Shown here: piece after piece, positions 38,979-52,100 of the stretch
Position numbering within the stretch: position 1 is the stretch's first letter
Layout of the letters: every line of letters starts with the position of its first letter
Assembly (NCBI GenBank): GCA_002633005.1
Contig: NMRA01000964.1
Coordinates: 1 to 64,000, forward strand
Origin: Phoronis australis
Lineage: Eukaryota; Animalia; Phoronida
Direction: 5' to 3'
Length of the DNA stretch: 64,000 nt
Notes under the pieces: model-generated
Database searches by the model: none
What the model saw: only the letters and a program-made list of their open reading frames with translations
What the model was told of the DNA's origin: nothing
Translations under genes and position numbers: made by a program

Positions 38979-40679
38979 ATGGTGGTAAAATCGATCGACG
39001 TCAATGTTTAAATATTTCGACTACTGCCATTCCCCTGGTGGCAGCTTATTTCACTAGATTTCTTAGGTGGAACTTTATGAAATATGGCCAAAATCTTTCT
39101 GTCCTGGAAATGATGACACATGCACGAGTTGCCCACCAGTGACAGTTTTAGCATTTTTGAAACAGTTCATGTCTCTGGATCTGTCCGCGATAGGTGCTAA
39201 CTGACGCTGTGCTCCAGTAACGTCCAATTTATTACTTGACACTCATTACATACAACATGCGAAGTCACTTCATTCTGAGTCTTGCCATTTCTATACGATG
39301 CTAATCGTTAAACCGATAGCAACAAAATCTGAAAGGTCATCTCTTAAAAACAAAAGGATGTTGACTCCCCCTGTTACCAAGGTGGACTCGATGCATTGGA
39401 AATTGACTTGGCTAATTAAACGATTTTGTAATAAATTCAGTTAGTTACAAACTACGAATTCGGATGACATTGCAAGAGAATGTTGAAATCATGAACGCGG
39501 CTTAGGGGCGTGAAGGTCATAATGATTGAACACAAGTTGTCGCTGAACAATTAACGGAAGACATTGAAGCCGTTATCTCTAAGGACTTTGTCGTGTTCTT
39601 GTCCACTTCGGCAAATCAAGATTTTTAATATAAAGGCCTAGTTTTTGCGTGATGTTCAATGATGAATACGACTGCTTTTTAAAAATAATAAGACGTTTTG
39701 CGAGTTGATTTGTCATAGTTTCTGACAGGAAAGAGTTTTTCAGGTATTTGAATTCTTCATTAAAAATGCTTCATTAAAATAGACCCAGGGGTTATTTTGC
39801 TATGAATGTACCTTTCTTAAAAACGAAATTCTGACTTACAAAAGTATCGAGGTAGTCATAGTAAAGGTACATACATGTAAAACATTTTTTTATTTCCTGA
39901 TGTTTTTTTCAGAAAATATATACTTTTACTGGTTGAAAAAGCCTATTTTTATCTGCGGGTTAGAAAGGAGACCTCTTAATCAGGTGAAAATTGTTAGATG
40001 GCATCATGGTGTGTATACATGTACGATTTACTGTTGAAAATAATGACACGTACCATTTCCAGCCAAATAATTGCAGGAAAAATCTAACAGTGCTTAACCA
40101 AAATTACATCTGCGGCCCTTGCCCACAAACTTTCAGTTACCTGTTAAGTTTTATTTTATGCTCTTCTCTGTAATAGGCTTTGAGGATATTCTTTACTTTT
40201 GCATGTTATATATTTTGTTACTTCGGGTGTCATTGCTGTAATTTTAGTAGAAAAAGCATGTGCTGAAGACGAATTAACATTTGTTAGTCTTTCCTGGCCA
40301 TGTAATAACTTTTCTCTTTAGTTGTGTTTCATGGTTTGGTAATTAGTGCTTTCTCTGTATATACATAAACATTCCATTCCGATCCCTCAGTTCTCACACA
40401 CTGTCATGAACCGAGAAAGATGCATGTGTGACTATGTTATGAGCCTAATTTAGTTTTCACAACAATGTATTTATGACACTTAGAGAACTGGTTTTTCAAT
40501 TGTTTCTAGTTTCTCTTATCATATAAAGCTAGTGTATTTTGAGCAAGTTATTTTTCCTGCAATTGATCATTGTTAATGGAATGATAACAAAACTTTACTT
40601 TTGTTAAATGAACATCATTAAAGTTGTTACTATACTCCACTCTTGTTTAATTTATTTGAAGTCGAACACTTGTGTAATT

Positions 40680-40950
40680 GAGACTTATTGCTATTGGGAA
40701 ACTTCAACTTTTAAAAGTTATTTCATTGAAAACTTAAGTTGTGAAAGCTTAAGTTTTTGAAAAACGTAAGTATTTTGAACAAGTTTTTGGAAAAAAATTA
40801 AGTTTTTGAAAACTTGAATTCTGAAAACTTAAGACCGTTCCATAAAGCTTGTTCCAAAATACTTAAATGTTTGTCAAAAACTTATGCTTTTGTGATTAAA
40901 AGCTTACGTTTTTCAGGCTAAGAACTAAGATATTCCGATGAACTTAAAAA
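40680..40950. repeat. Array of short quasi-palindromic units (AAAACTTAAGTTTT-like)
   Basis: Roughly a dozen degenerate aaacttaag/aagcttaag/aaacgtaag units; probably a MITE remnant. Confidence 0.6.
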
Positions 40951-42283
40951 AATCATTTTGTAAGGGAGAGTAGATGTGTCTTTAAATTAAGCTGTTACAA
41001 TATTTGTGAAAATAATATAAAGCACTTTTAAACTCGTAATCTATGCCGCTGACAATAAAGTGCGAGTCAAAATTTGCCACAAAGGTAATGATAACTTTGG
41101 AGCGCACCGTGCGATTGCGATTTCTGCATTTCCGACATGGACACCTTTCCTTCGGTGTGGGCGTTTGTCTTCATAATTTTCGAGCTTTCCGTTTGTACAT
41201 GTGAAGTCTCGAACCCTTAATTAAAATCAATTGCAGTATGAAAAAATCTCTGACATGGTCAGCTGTGAACACTAAATAATTTGCGTGAAATTGTATATGG
41301 AAATGTCAGGCGCTATTAAGGTCACCCACGTTCAACAGTACGAAAAGTGCTTCTAGATTTATCTGGTGGATGCAGCGCAATAACATTTCGGCATTTTTAC
41401 AACGTAGTTGGAACACCTGTCAAAATTTTGTTGAGCTTTATCCAGAATTAGATCGGACTTATATGTATTTTCAGTTCATTTACCGGATTTTGTGTTATTT
41501 TCACGTTGTCTGTTTTAACATGTAGACCAATATAAGTGACGATTTTGAAAGCAGCCACATAATTCTTGGGGGTTTAAAGCGTTCGATTTTGATTTTGAAA
41601 TCTACATGGCGGGCACGTAGGCCATCTACAACTCTATTATGCTAATCAAACAACTAAGCTTCTTCACAACTGAGACTGATAGAGAACCTTTCATACACCT
41701 CGACAATGTCATTTCGCTTTGTAAAACGCGAAAAGAACGTATTGATGAAAATTCACTAAGCAAATGTTCGCCATTTGCTCCGTAATTTTGATCTCCTGAG
41801 TACTTGAGCTGGCGACTTGAGACGGTTAAAAGTGTATCGCGACAAAATGCGCCCGCACTCAGTTAAACACTCTTGTTTAGATTTCAGCGTTGTATGTGTT
41901 TTTAATTGTTGAATTAATCGCACCCAACTCTGATGTTTGCCTTTTTGCCAATTACTTAATTTCATCATTGCACCTCAAAATACAATAATACAAAAATTCT
42001 TGCACTGCAAAGGATTACGTACTAATACGGCAGCGAGATATTGATAATTGCATTTGATTGTTTTAAGAAGCAATGTGAGTGAACATATATGTACATACGA
42101 TGCATTGGGGATGAATACCTATTGTTGAGTGGACCGCTAGTTTCGTTTTCGTTAAATAGCCAAATCGCCTGCTGTGTATGACATAAGGGTACATATGTAG
42201 ACAAGACAGCGGTATCCAAATCATGACATCCGAAAACATCCGGTTCAAAGAGAATTGATAGAGATACACATTACCATGAAAAG

Positions 42284-43738
42284 CTCTCAAACATTCTTAT
42301 ATACTGATGACACTGCGATATTCCACCCATTCTCAAAAGAGCATCACCATGACTCCTTACAATTGCAAACTGACCTTAACAAACTCTATGACTGGTCTCT
42401 CAAATGGAAGTTGAAATTTAAACTTGAAAAAAGTGTTGATCTTATATTTTCTAAGTCTAATAATACTCATTTCCAAACAAATCCAACACTGGAATTATCA
42501 CTCAATGGGGAAGTTATCCCCAATAAGTTCACGCACAAACATCTTGGCTTGCTACTCGACCACAAGCTTACATTTACTCCTCATTGTCGCAAACTCGTTC
42601 AAAAAGTACAAAAATTAATTAATCCAATTAGAATTATCTCTCGTCACCTCAACTCCATGCATCTTGAAACTCTGTTCAAGTCTTTTGTACTTCCAGATCT
42701 AGATTACTGTGACATAATCTACCAATCGGCAAACGCTGGCATACTTCTCCAATTAGAAAGACTACAATACCAAGCAGCTTTAGCCATAACTGGGGCATAC
42801 AGAGGGTCCAACACAATCAAGGTTCTAAATAGTCTTCACTGGAGCAAACTAGCAACCCGTCGTAAACTCCACCTGTCCATGTATACATTCAAAGTCTTAA
42901 CCAACATAAACAATTACTCTAACAAAATCCTCTTTGAATCCTACAAAAGACCAAGCACGAGACCAATACTCCGGCAAAGCAATATGTATACTATTCCAGC
43001 CTCCATCAGCCAAGCCTTTAGAAGATCAACGGTATTAACTTGTATTGACAACTGGAATTCCTTACCATTCAAAATAAAAGAAAGCACTTCAATCGTCACT
43101 CTCAAAAATAACTTTAAAATGCATAGCACTACTCCAGACTTGCCAGTCCCATTGACATCATTCCAACTTCCCCGCAACCATAAAATAACCCTATACAGAT
43201 CAAGATGTGGTCTGTTCCTAAACAACGAGAAATTTAGACACAATTTTAATAATATTCCGGCTCTGTGTTCCTGTGGAGATACCCAGACATATTCCCATGT
43301 TTTCTTTGCTTGTGAGGTATGCAAGGAGGAGAGGGTACAGCTCTTCGAGGCGCTCGAACAATATCCAAATATTTATAAAAAATACTCTGAAATTCCGCAA
43401 TTGTACAACAAAATTAATTTCTTTCTATATGGATGTCAAGAACTTAACTCAAACAAAAATATGGTTTTATTTGAAATAGTATCAGAATTTCTTTATAACT
43501 TTAAATCTCTTTGTGTGAGTGGATAGAATTTTATACATCTGTATGAAAATAAATTATTTTCATTCGTTGTCATATATTATTGTATTCTTAACATCAGTTT
43601 TTTATTGATGTATTTGTATATAATCATTGTATATAGACTTCTTTGTATTTTTTTACCCAGATCTAATGCCTCTTGGCGCTTTCTGGGTTATATATATTCA
43701 GTGTATTCTGAATATTTTGTAATAAACATTAAAAAAAA
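42284..43738 (+). mobile_element. 5'-truncated CR1/L2-group LINE with intact RT C-terminal ORF, poly(A) and 9-bp TSD
   Basis: ORF open to 43526 (YTDD, LQTDLNKLYDWSLKW, HKHLG, LDYCD, CSCG...HVFFAC). AATAAA plus A-tail. TSD CATGAAAAG at 42275-42283 and 43739-43747. Confidence 0.93.
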
Positions 43739-43764
43739 CATGAAAAGTGCCAAAACAAACATAC

Positions 43765-43921
43765 CGTGACCTCGAAAATTTCACAGCCTCCACATAATTG
43801 CCTTGGTCACAAAATCCGCACGTTTTCTTGCACAGCTTCAGCATCGACTGCGGATCATGATCACAAAGTCCAGTCAACTTCTTTGCTTTACATACACTAG
43901 ATGTGTCTAGACACTCTTTAC
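43765..43921 (-). CDS. Multi-ShK gene, exon 5: one ShK domain (not in the ORF track)
   Basis: gtcttag|GT...CG|gtatgt, 157 bp, phase 1-2. KECLDTSSVCKAKKLTGLCDHDPQSMLKLCKKTCGFCDQG. Its phase-2 donor matches the phase-2 acceptor at 28208. Confidence 0.9.
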
Positions 43922-44534
43922 CTAAGACAAAAATATGACTAATCGTATGTATGCAAGAACTTAGTGGACATGCTGTATTTGCCCCATTCGTCTGACGTCT
44001 TGAAAGTTTGCATTCAGTTTTGAAACTTAAAGGAGGTGGTGTTTCTTGAGTACGATCGCCAAATCAGGTTACTCTGCAAGGGCAACTCATGTTTCCCAAC
44101 TGCCCCCATTACGATAGGAAATGTTCAATCTCTTCACAATAACAGCACAGGAGCACTGACCAGTATAACCGAGAACCTAAATGTTACCACTCCGTTGGTC
44201 AACCCAGCGCAGACTGTAAACCATCATGTATATGAGCAGTTCGAGGTAGAAAATAAAATATTTTGAAACCAATGGAGTTGATGCACTCATTTCAAAACTG
44301 CATGCACTAGACTTAGATTAACAAACACCATCATCGCCACAACCATAGTCATTGTCATTAAAGGAACAACATTGACTGCAGCAATGATGTCGTCACTACC
44401 AAAACCACCATCGCCAATAGCAAACTCAGCAGCAGCAGCAACACCATACCCTTTTTTGTTTTCTTGAAAAACACCAGAGTCATCATTATCATCGGGGCTA
44501 ATATTCGCTAAAAATCGACATTACAAAAGGTTAC

Positions 44535-44669
44535 CTTTATCTGCATCACCGCCACAACCGCTACAAGACCGGTAGCAGACAGCCCTGATTTTCTCGGATG
44601 CCTCACATTTTCCCAAGACTTTACTGGACCAACATCTGTCATCTGATACCTGATTGACACATTCAGCTC
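44535..44669 (-). CDS. Multi-ShK gene, exon 4: one ShK domain
   Basis: aacaag|GA...G|gtaacc, 135 bp. ECVNQVSDDRCWSSKVLGKCEASEKIRAVCYRSCSGC. Confidence 0.82.
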
Positions 44670-46105
44670 CTTGTTCGGTGAATTGAAATGGAAAGGTATA
44701 CAATGAGCTTCCGTGGTCTTACCGTACAGCAATCATGTTTGAGGGAAAATATATTTCGATAGTCAGTAGAGGATTACAATGTGGTAATCGTTGTTTCGTG
44801 ATTTCGAAATTTATAAGTTACATCGTATTCATTAACGCGTTTTGAAAAGACGAATAACTGTTAGTGCATGTAACTGACTTGATGATATGAGATCAGGGCC
44901 TATAGTTTGTATTCGAACTCGAAAAAACTTTGTCTTATTTTAGTTTATTTCTGTACTCAATAGTACGTCATAGTAAATTAGACTCTTACAAAGTGCTAAA
45001 AATAGACTCATTCTAGAAGAATATGCGAAATGTCCAGACGACAATGTTTTATCACAGCTCTTGCACTTTTAAGATGTTCAGATCATAGACTAATCAAAAC
45101 TGGTAGACATTTGGATATAGCTAGATATCTGCGTTTCTCTATTGTTTGCTCTGCCACTGTTGAGGATCAAAATAAGTTTGACTAGAGTTTAAGGTTTATG
45201 GAGATCTTGCGAGAAAGTTTGGTATTTGTCGCAACATTGATAACTTGAATGGCGATTCTTTCATTTATTTAATGAAATCTTACAACGTGTGAAACTTAGC
45301 TCGTGTTATTCCCTAAATTTTTTATCATGTATAGCTAATTTGATAGTCTGTGTTACATGTATGTCAACGACTTCGTTCATTACGCGCTTGTATTTGTTAC
45401 ATTCATACGTGTACATGTACATGCATATGGGCTGGGGACATAAGCACTGGAATAAATTTGTTGATTGAATATACCTTGCTATTATTCTGTACTGGAATAC
45501 ATCATTGTTTATACATGTTAGATTCCAATCGAAGTTCACCATTGATGACCCATTGATTTGACCTACAATCTCAATTTATTAAAAACTCCAATTTTTGAGT
45601 TCAGACTCAACATTTTGACTTTAATGCCAGCTTTGACAAGTTCATACTAGGATTAGACCGTTTTTTATACTCGAGTGGTTATTCATAGACTCATATATTA
45701 GATGTAAAGTGAAAAGAATATACCTCGGCAAGGACTTATGTACTTGAAATCGTAACTTTTTTTTGACATNNNNNTCCGTTCATCGACTGAACTCTCGGGC
45801 TGGACCACTTATCGCTACGTACTGCACAACATGACCCGCCACGGCATCCCCGGCAAGTTGTACAACTAGAATGAAAAACAAAACGAATTGTCACTTCCTT
45901 TGAATTCCGGCGGCACCCCCCCGCCCCCCATTTTACCACGAAACAATGTGAGATCAACTTTACCACGACAAGTGATCTAAATCACTTGTGGAACACAAAT
46001 ACGTACAGGAAATAATTTTTTTAAAGTTCAATTAACAAATAATACTTGTCACTCAAACCCAGGTATTTATGAACAACATGCACCAGAGTAGTTCACGCTC
46101 TTTAC

Positions 46106-46237
46106 CGTCATTGCCACATCCGCTACACATTTTGTAGCAGTTCAAATTTGCCTTAATATGAACTCCACAATATGATACATCTCTCCAACATTCCTCTTCG
46201 CTTAGCTTGTTAGAGCAATGATTTTCTGGCTCCCATT
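46106..46237 (-). CDS. Multi-ShK gene, exon 3: one ShK domain (not in the ORF track)
   Basis: ccttttag|AA...G|gtaaag, 132 bp. HCSNKLSEEECWRDVSYCGVHIKANLNCYKMCSGCGND. Confidence 0.85.
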
Positions 46238-46421
46238 CTAAAAGGAAAGAAAATACTTTTCAAAAAAGAAATCTAATTATTATTTTTGCAAGTAACTCAA
46301 CCTGTTTGATTGAGGAAGTGTGAGTCTAGTAGTATGTACTTAAACTCAGTGCCAGGTACCATTCCTTTTGTTGAGCATATACATTGTATGTACGTCATAA
46401 CACGTTATAAAATAACTTTAA

Positions 46422-48080
46422 AGGAGAATGCCACCCGATTTAATTAGTCTTTTTTGCCGTCTTAATCGATCTATATCCACATCGCCTCGCATACGGTCGA
46501 CCTTACCTTGCCAAGAGGTGTCGCGTTAACCTGTGAGGAAGGTGAGAAACGACGCTAGCGACGTTAGTGGTTCATATGAAGAGTAAAGGCCGCTGTGTTG
46601 CTGTGCATCATTCCCGCTTGTCCGAACTAAGCAGCTGCGATGAAAGCGGGTATGTCGTGTTTTTACTTCCTCGAGAGTCCGAAATGCTTAGGAAGTGGCT
46701 CATGGTAGTGAATAATGAAATGTACGCTGTAAATAGCAAGTATGAGGCCGTGAAACATCTCCGTGTCTGTGGCCTGCAGACGTCGACAGTGTCCGATGAA
46801 CGCCAGCTTACCAAATAACTCCATACGTTCCGTTGTCTGAGCTTGTTCACGGCGTCTTTCTAGTATTTCTTCATCACTGTGTTCCTGTTCGAATTGATAG
46901 CCTGTAAAACTTAACTATCCACCTGCGAAGTCGGGACTGATGAGCTATAGCTCGTTCTAAGTCGGGATTGCGAGTTGCCATGATGGCGTTTATTATTGAG
47001 CTTTCTGTTTCAAAATGAATTATACTCACCCTAACCAATACTTGTATAAATTTGAAAGAATGTCTGTCTCATTAGATGCAGTTTGTAATGCCTATGGAGT
47101 GTTTGAGAGGGTAAATGATTTGAAAAGCCGGCTTTAGGTGCAATAAAACTAATTGATGGGACACCAAGGTCGTGTGAGCTCATGCTAATTTAGTGTTTCC
47201 TGGCAGAAACTGTTGTGAAACAACTCGATTTCCATCCCACCGCCAGGTGTTACGAGAAGATTTATTTACATTTACGTTACTCAATTAAGGATTGTCAATG
47301 TACAACGTCTGCCCTGACGGTGCTGTGGTCAAAGCGGAACCTGAATTCGCGGTCCCCGACGAGTAAGAAAATTTGCAGTTTCGTAGCTAATTCACCAACA
47401 TAATCACGTGCACATTAGTTTGGCTCACTAGTACAGTATTTTCTTGACTGGAAGTTTAGTTTCCACTGAACTTTGGCTGGTTTATGTTCGTGATGTCTGA
47501 TCAGTTTCCGAGCCACTGGCCGGGATAACGCCGAGTCCATCCGGGCGGCCGCGACGGACCTGATCGGGCTCCGAGCCACTGGCCAGGATAACAAGCGTTT
47601 TGTGTTTAGAACTCAAAAAATCACAAGTCTAAACAACAGCTCGAGGTTCTCCTGTCTGTATATCACGAAATATACTTCGAAATTATCTCCGAACAGACCC
47701 CAAACTCCTGCTACGGACCTTATTGGCCTGCCGAACTTTGTAGGCTACGGTTTGTCCAACTACAGGTGTACCAATAAATCCGAAAGAGTGAAACAAAAAA
47801 CACGTTTTCATGAGAACTCGGTGCATTTTTAAGGGTTTTACATCGAAGTTTGATGATTTATTGGTGTTAAACGATAACTTCAAGCGATAAGCTAACTCCA
47901 GTAACCCGTGTTGTGAACTGCTGAACAGACTGCGTTTGAAACCGATGACGTCACTGGATAATTTCAACACCTCCGTCTGCCGTCAAGTGTCAGGTAACGC
48001 AACCGTACGTGACGTTATCGAGTAGAACTACTTGATCTAAATTGATACAAATTAGGTTTGTTTTTGGGTGGCATGCTCCT
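46422..48080 (+). mobile_element. Kolobok-like non-autonomous element, family B, uninterrupted copy
   Basis: TTAA TSDs. 15-bp TIR AGGAGAATGCCACCC / GGGTGGCATGCTCCT (1 mismatch). THAP remnant at 46590-46820 (FLLPRESEMLRKW...HLRVCG). Confidence 0.88.
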
Positions 48081-48448
48081 TTAACAGTGTTCATTTGTAA
48101 TAGAGGAATGGACCACCAAATGCTCTGCCATCGCCCTACATGTATTTGTCAACGAAGCACACTTCGTTTCCCACTTTTCTACATACAGTCTGCGTAGTCT
48201 ACTAGTTTCAAAAGCTGAATTTTTAGATATGTTAAAGATAAACAGGGGTTTTGTCAAATGTCCAACAATTTGTAATGCCTAGAAATTAAAACAGCCCAAC
48301 CCAGTTTTCCATGGCAAAAGACCTTGCAAAACACGTGACACATATTTCTGTTTCCAGGTTTAACCTGATTTCAACCTTACTGGCCCTGGATGACATCTCT
48401 GACATTTTCAATGGAATATGCATGCTAAAGCGCACATGTATTACTTAC

Positions 48449-48715
48449 TTGGACACATATTCTCTGAGCAAGACTTTGAACATGAAATCATCATAAATCT
48501 CGGATTCATGTAACACTCCCCCAGCTTTGACCACGATTCACACCTCGGATTATCGTCAGTGCAGTCAATACCAGGACATCTCTCTTGCAAAATCTGTTTA
48601 CATGATCCCAAACAGCTCTCCATCATAGAGTGCGTTTGAAAGAATTCCGTGCAGGATCCCGCATGTGCGCTTCTTTTACACTCTGCTTTAGGGCTGTGAA
48701 TGTCTCTACATTGAG
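48449..48715 (-). CDS. Multi-ShK gene, exon 2: two ShK domains
   Basis: ttccag|CT...A|gtaagt, 267 bp. QCRDIHSPKAECKRSAHAGSC...SCLGSC...RC and CTDDNPRCESWSKLGECYMNPRFMMISCSKSCSENMC. Confidence 0.92.
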
Positions 48716-50009
48716 CTGGAATAATTGCATTATGTACAAAGTGCAGTAGTTGCTGAACCTGAACATAAACAGTGTATTAATGGATACCTGATTAAATTTA
48801 CTAACAACCAACATACGAAATTAATCGTGCATATTCATTTTCTGAACATTTCATCATTTAATTGTGTGATGTAGTTTATTGTAAAGCGACATTTCGCCGT
48901 GTACAGTTGGATACATATAAAAATCGACTTGTGCCTTTTACTGTCACGAACTCAGTCGCATAATAATTCACACCGTGACAGTATTCTATTTTCGTTACCA
49001 ACAAGAACTCGAAACCTTTATCACAGGGCTCGCCCTAACGAGCTGCAGGTCGCATTTGCGACCTGAAATTTGGAAATGCAAGCTGAGATTGTTGTCAACT
49101 CGTACCAAGTTGCAAAATGCGAGCTTCAATTTCCAACGTATGCGAGCTGTGTTTTTACACTTCTCGGCTGATACCGGGCAGATATAAAGCAAAACTTTTT
49201 AATCCGAACGTTATTTGGTTCCTGACAAATCCAAGTTCAAAAGAACACTAATAGAGAATAACCCTCCCAATGAGTGTAAGCAGGTCGCGTGAACATGGGA
49301 TATGCAGAATCGATCTTCATTGGCAAACATTTTCGGCCACTTTTGCAAATTTCAGGATTCGCCGAAGGAAGTTTCGGGCCACTGCATAGCACCAGGAAGG
49401 GATAACCAGGAAGGGACAACTGTTTTACCGCATTTTAACGTGTCTTCAAAGGTTATTTCAAAACTAAATGTTAAAGTCGTCTGGAATCCAAGCATTGTGT
49501 TTGAAAGTTTAACTCTTTAGCTATAAAATAACACCACTTTGGTCCCCAAAGACTGCATATTAATGGCACTAGGATGGTTTGAACTTGACTTGTTTTACCC
49601 TTCCAAAAGATGCCTCTTCCCAGGCATGTACTCAGGCATGATCCTCTTTTTTGAACCAACAGATGTCACTAATATATGCAAATGAGGCTCGCATCTCCTA
49701 CGCCATATGACGTCACACGGCGTCATACGACGCGAGCTTCCAATTTGAAACCTCAATGACTTGAAACACAGTTCTACCTGATTGGGCAGATCTAAGAAAA
49801 TTAAGAATTCACACAACTCAATGTTCAAAGAACATTAAATGGTTTCACATGGAAATACATTTAATTGTATTTGGATACGCTTGCATGTGTGTATGCGTAG
49901 ACTTCGTCATTTAACTTAAATCCAGCAGGTGTTAGTCAAGAAATCCGCTGCTCCCGCCACGGTGGCCGGTGTCGTGGCGTTCCAGGGAAGTCTGATCCAT
50001 GCATACGCA

Positions 50010-50108
50010 ATTCGAAGAACTAATGCTTGTCGCTGGTGAGCTCTGCTATGATTCATGCCCAATTCGACGAACTAATGCTTGTCGCTGGTCAGCTCCACTG
50101 TGATTCAT
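50010..50108. repeat. Two-copy ~51-bp tandem repeat
   Basis: aattcga(a/c)gaactaatgcttgtcgctggt(g/c)agctc...tgattcat occurs twice. Confidence 0.8.
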
Positions 50109-51149
50109 TGGAGACATGCGGCTTAACTCGAACCAATAGGCCTACCCTTGTTCTGGCTCCAAGTTCGTTTTGTTTGACCCAGTTTCGGGAAAAGTTCATT
50201 TTAATACGGTCATTTCCTGAAGAGTTTTTGAAAGATATGATCCCGAAATCCTTGGCCTATAGAGCTGTATCAAAATTCCTTGTTGAAACACGGCCGCTGG
50301 TGCAACATCTGCCGGGCGGCTGGGGAAAATGAACGCGGTGTCCCAAAAATGCACACACTTCAACCCCTCAGTGCAGTTCAAGTTCTTTTCCCGTCAATCA
50401 CTGTGCGCGGATTCTACGCGGGCAGCCTACTGGTGGCATGACTACAACTTATTTTTAACGTGGGTGTGTCACTGAGTCACGACGTGTCCAGCCTTTGCAG
50501 TCAGTATGCACGGGAATGGCAAGAAAACGATTCGGTTTAGAAAAACCTAAATTCATTGCACTATACTACTGGGAACTGCAAGCATCAAGGAAGTGCAAAG
50601 ACAACTTTCTTTCCAAATGAACAATGACTTGAACTTCTTTTTCGATCTACGGTTTGTAAATTTTTGAATTTCATTAGTCTAGTTTTTAATTCAATAAAGC
50701 ATTTAGAGCTGCCCGACATTCATGAATATCACTGTTATCGTTTAGTGTCCTTCTTTGCGGTGGTCTGATGATGGATAGAATTTTTGCAAGTCGGCCTTCA
50801 GGCTTCAACTAAGTTCGGTGACGCATCGCCATTTCTTTCAAGACAGCTTCTGTGCTGTGCACGAATTTTGTGTGTTTTTGATGAATTTGGAATCTTAACT
50901 CAGTCCCCCTCGTGAGTAGTTGGCAGTCATGCCGGAGGTGTATAGAGGGCGCAGTGCTGAGAAAAGTGGGGCTAAAACCCTCTCAGCCCCCCCCCCCNCC
51001 GTAGTGCACCACCTATGGACCATTGAAAAACTTGGACTGAATTAATACGCTCCGCAAAACTGTTGCTTTACAAATTTTCTCAAATTTTAGAAATACACGT
51101 ATAAATGAGTAAGTGCACATTTTCAAGGGCGCTTAGGCGACCTATGCTG

Positions 51150-52100
51150 CAAAAATGGAGACCCTAACAACAATTGTCCTGGACACTAGGGCCCTCAAAT
51201 GCAATGGTAAACCATACACTGATACCGAGTTGTGAATGTTCTGTTGAATTTTCTATCTGATCAGTATTCGAAGTCTTTCTTTTTTGTCCTTCCCCAGTCC
51301 CACACCTTTGTCGGTTGCCATGGTTTGACCCTGAGACATGCAATTTTTTGGGGGGTTGGACTCGCCCTCCCCCCGCTTACTAAGGTCCTGATGCAAGGAG
51401 TCCATCTTTGGTCCAAGGTAAATGTTGTGTTTCAACACGCACTCGTTGTATAGCTTGAGCATTAAATTAAAGGTTTAAGAAATACAGGAGCATTTTTGCG
51501 CATTTAATTTTGCGTGTAAAAAGGTTTATGGATTCGTACTGAATTTGTTGCTGCAACTTGTCTCATGGGCCTGTACCCGGCAAGTGACCACAAATGTGGG
51601 CACTAATTCGTCTATCATGCGCAAGTCGATTGTAGCAAGGAGGCCAGTGAAAATGTAAGGCAGCACCAGGCCAGTGGGCGTGTGTGACAACTCGGATTTC
51701 TAGTCTCATATTATGAAAACCAATGAATGGCAATCACCAGCACCTGCAAACAAGAATCTTGAAGTATGTAGAATTTCAATAGGAGTTAGTTTTAGACTTA
51801 GTAACGAAGCTGCCGACGTTCCAGCCACGGTTACTGCCGGTCCTTCTAAGCAATTATAGCACATATACACGGATTTTTAAGAATGGCAAGGGTGCGTTTT
51901 GTGTTGACGGAAATGTCCATGGCGTCGAGGAATTTGAAGCATTTAATGACGAACAACTGTTGTGGCTTAATTTGGAAAAACATCTAGCAAAACTAACTTC
52001 CAAGTATGCATACTGTGGCGGAATTAAGAAATACGATTATGGCAGTGCTAATTGTAGCAGAGCCACAAAATGTGCTAAAATGGTAGAAAATTAGGTATAA
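51150..52100 (+). pseudogene. Highly decayed DDE transposase (Mutator-like / Kolobok-H type)
   Basis: Frameshifted traces in the expected order: G.H....LD.P.P (~51310-51375), VDG..W.RRG..S.N (~51903-51950) and SKY..C (~52000). Confidence 0.3.

Noticed and set aside
40680-40950. CRISPR-like spaced palindromes
   Set aside because: Eukaryotic context, degenerate units with no unique spacers, and no cas genes.
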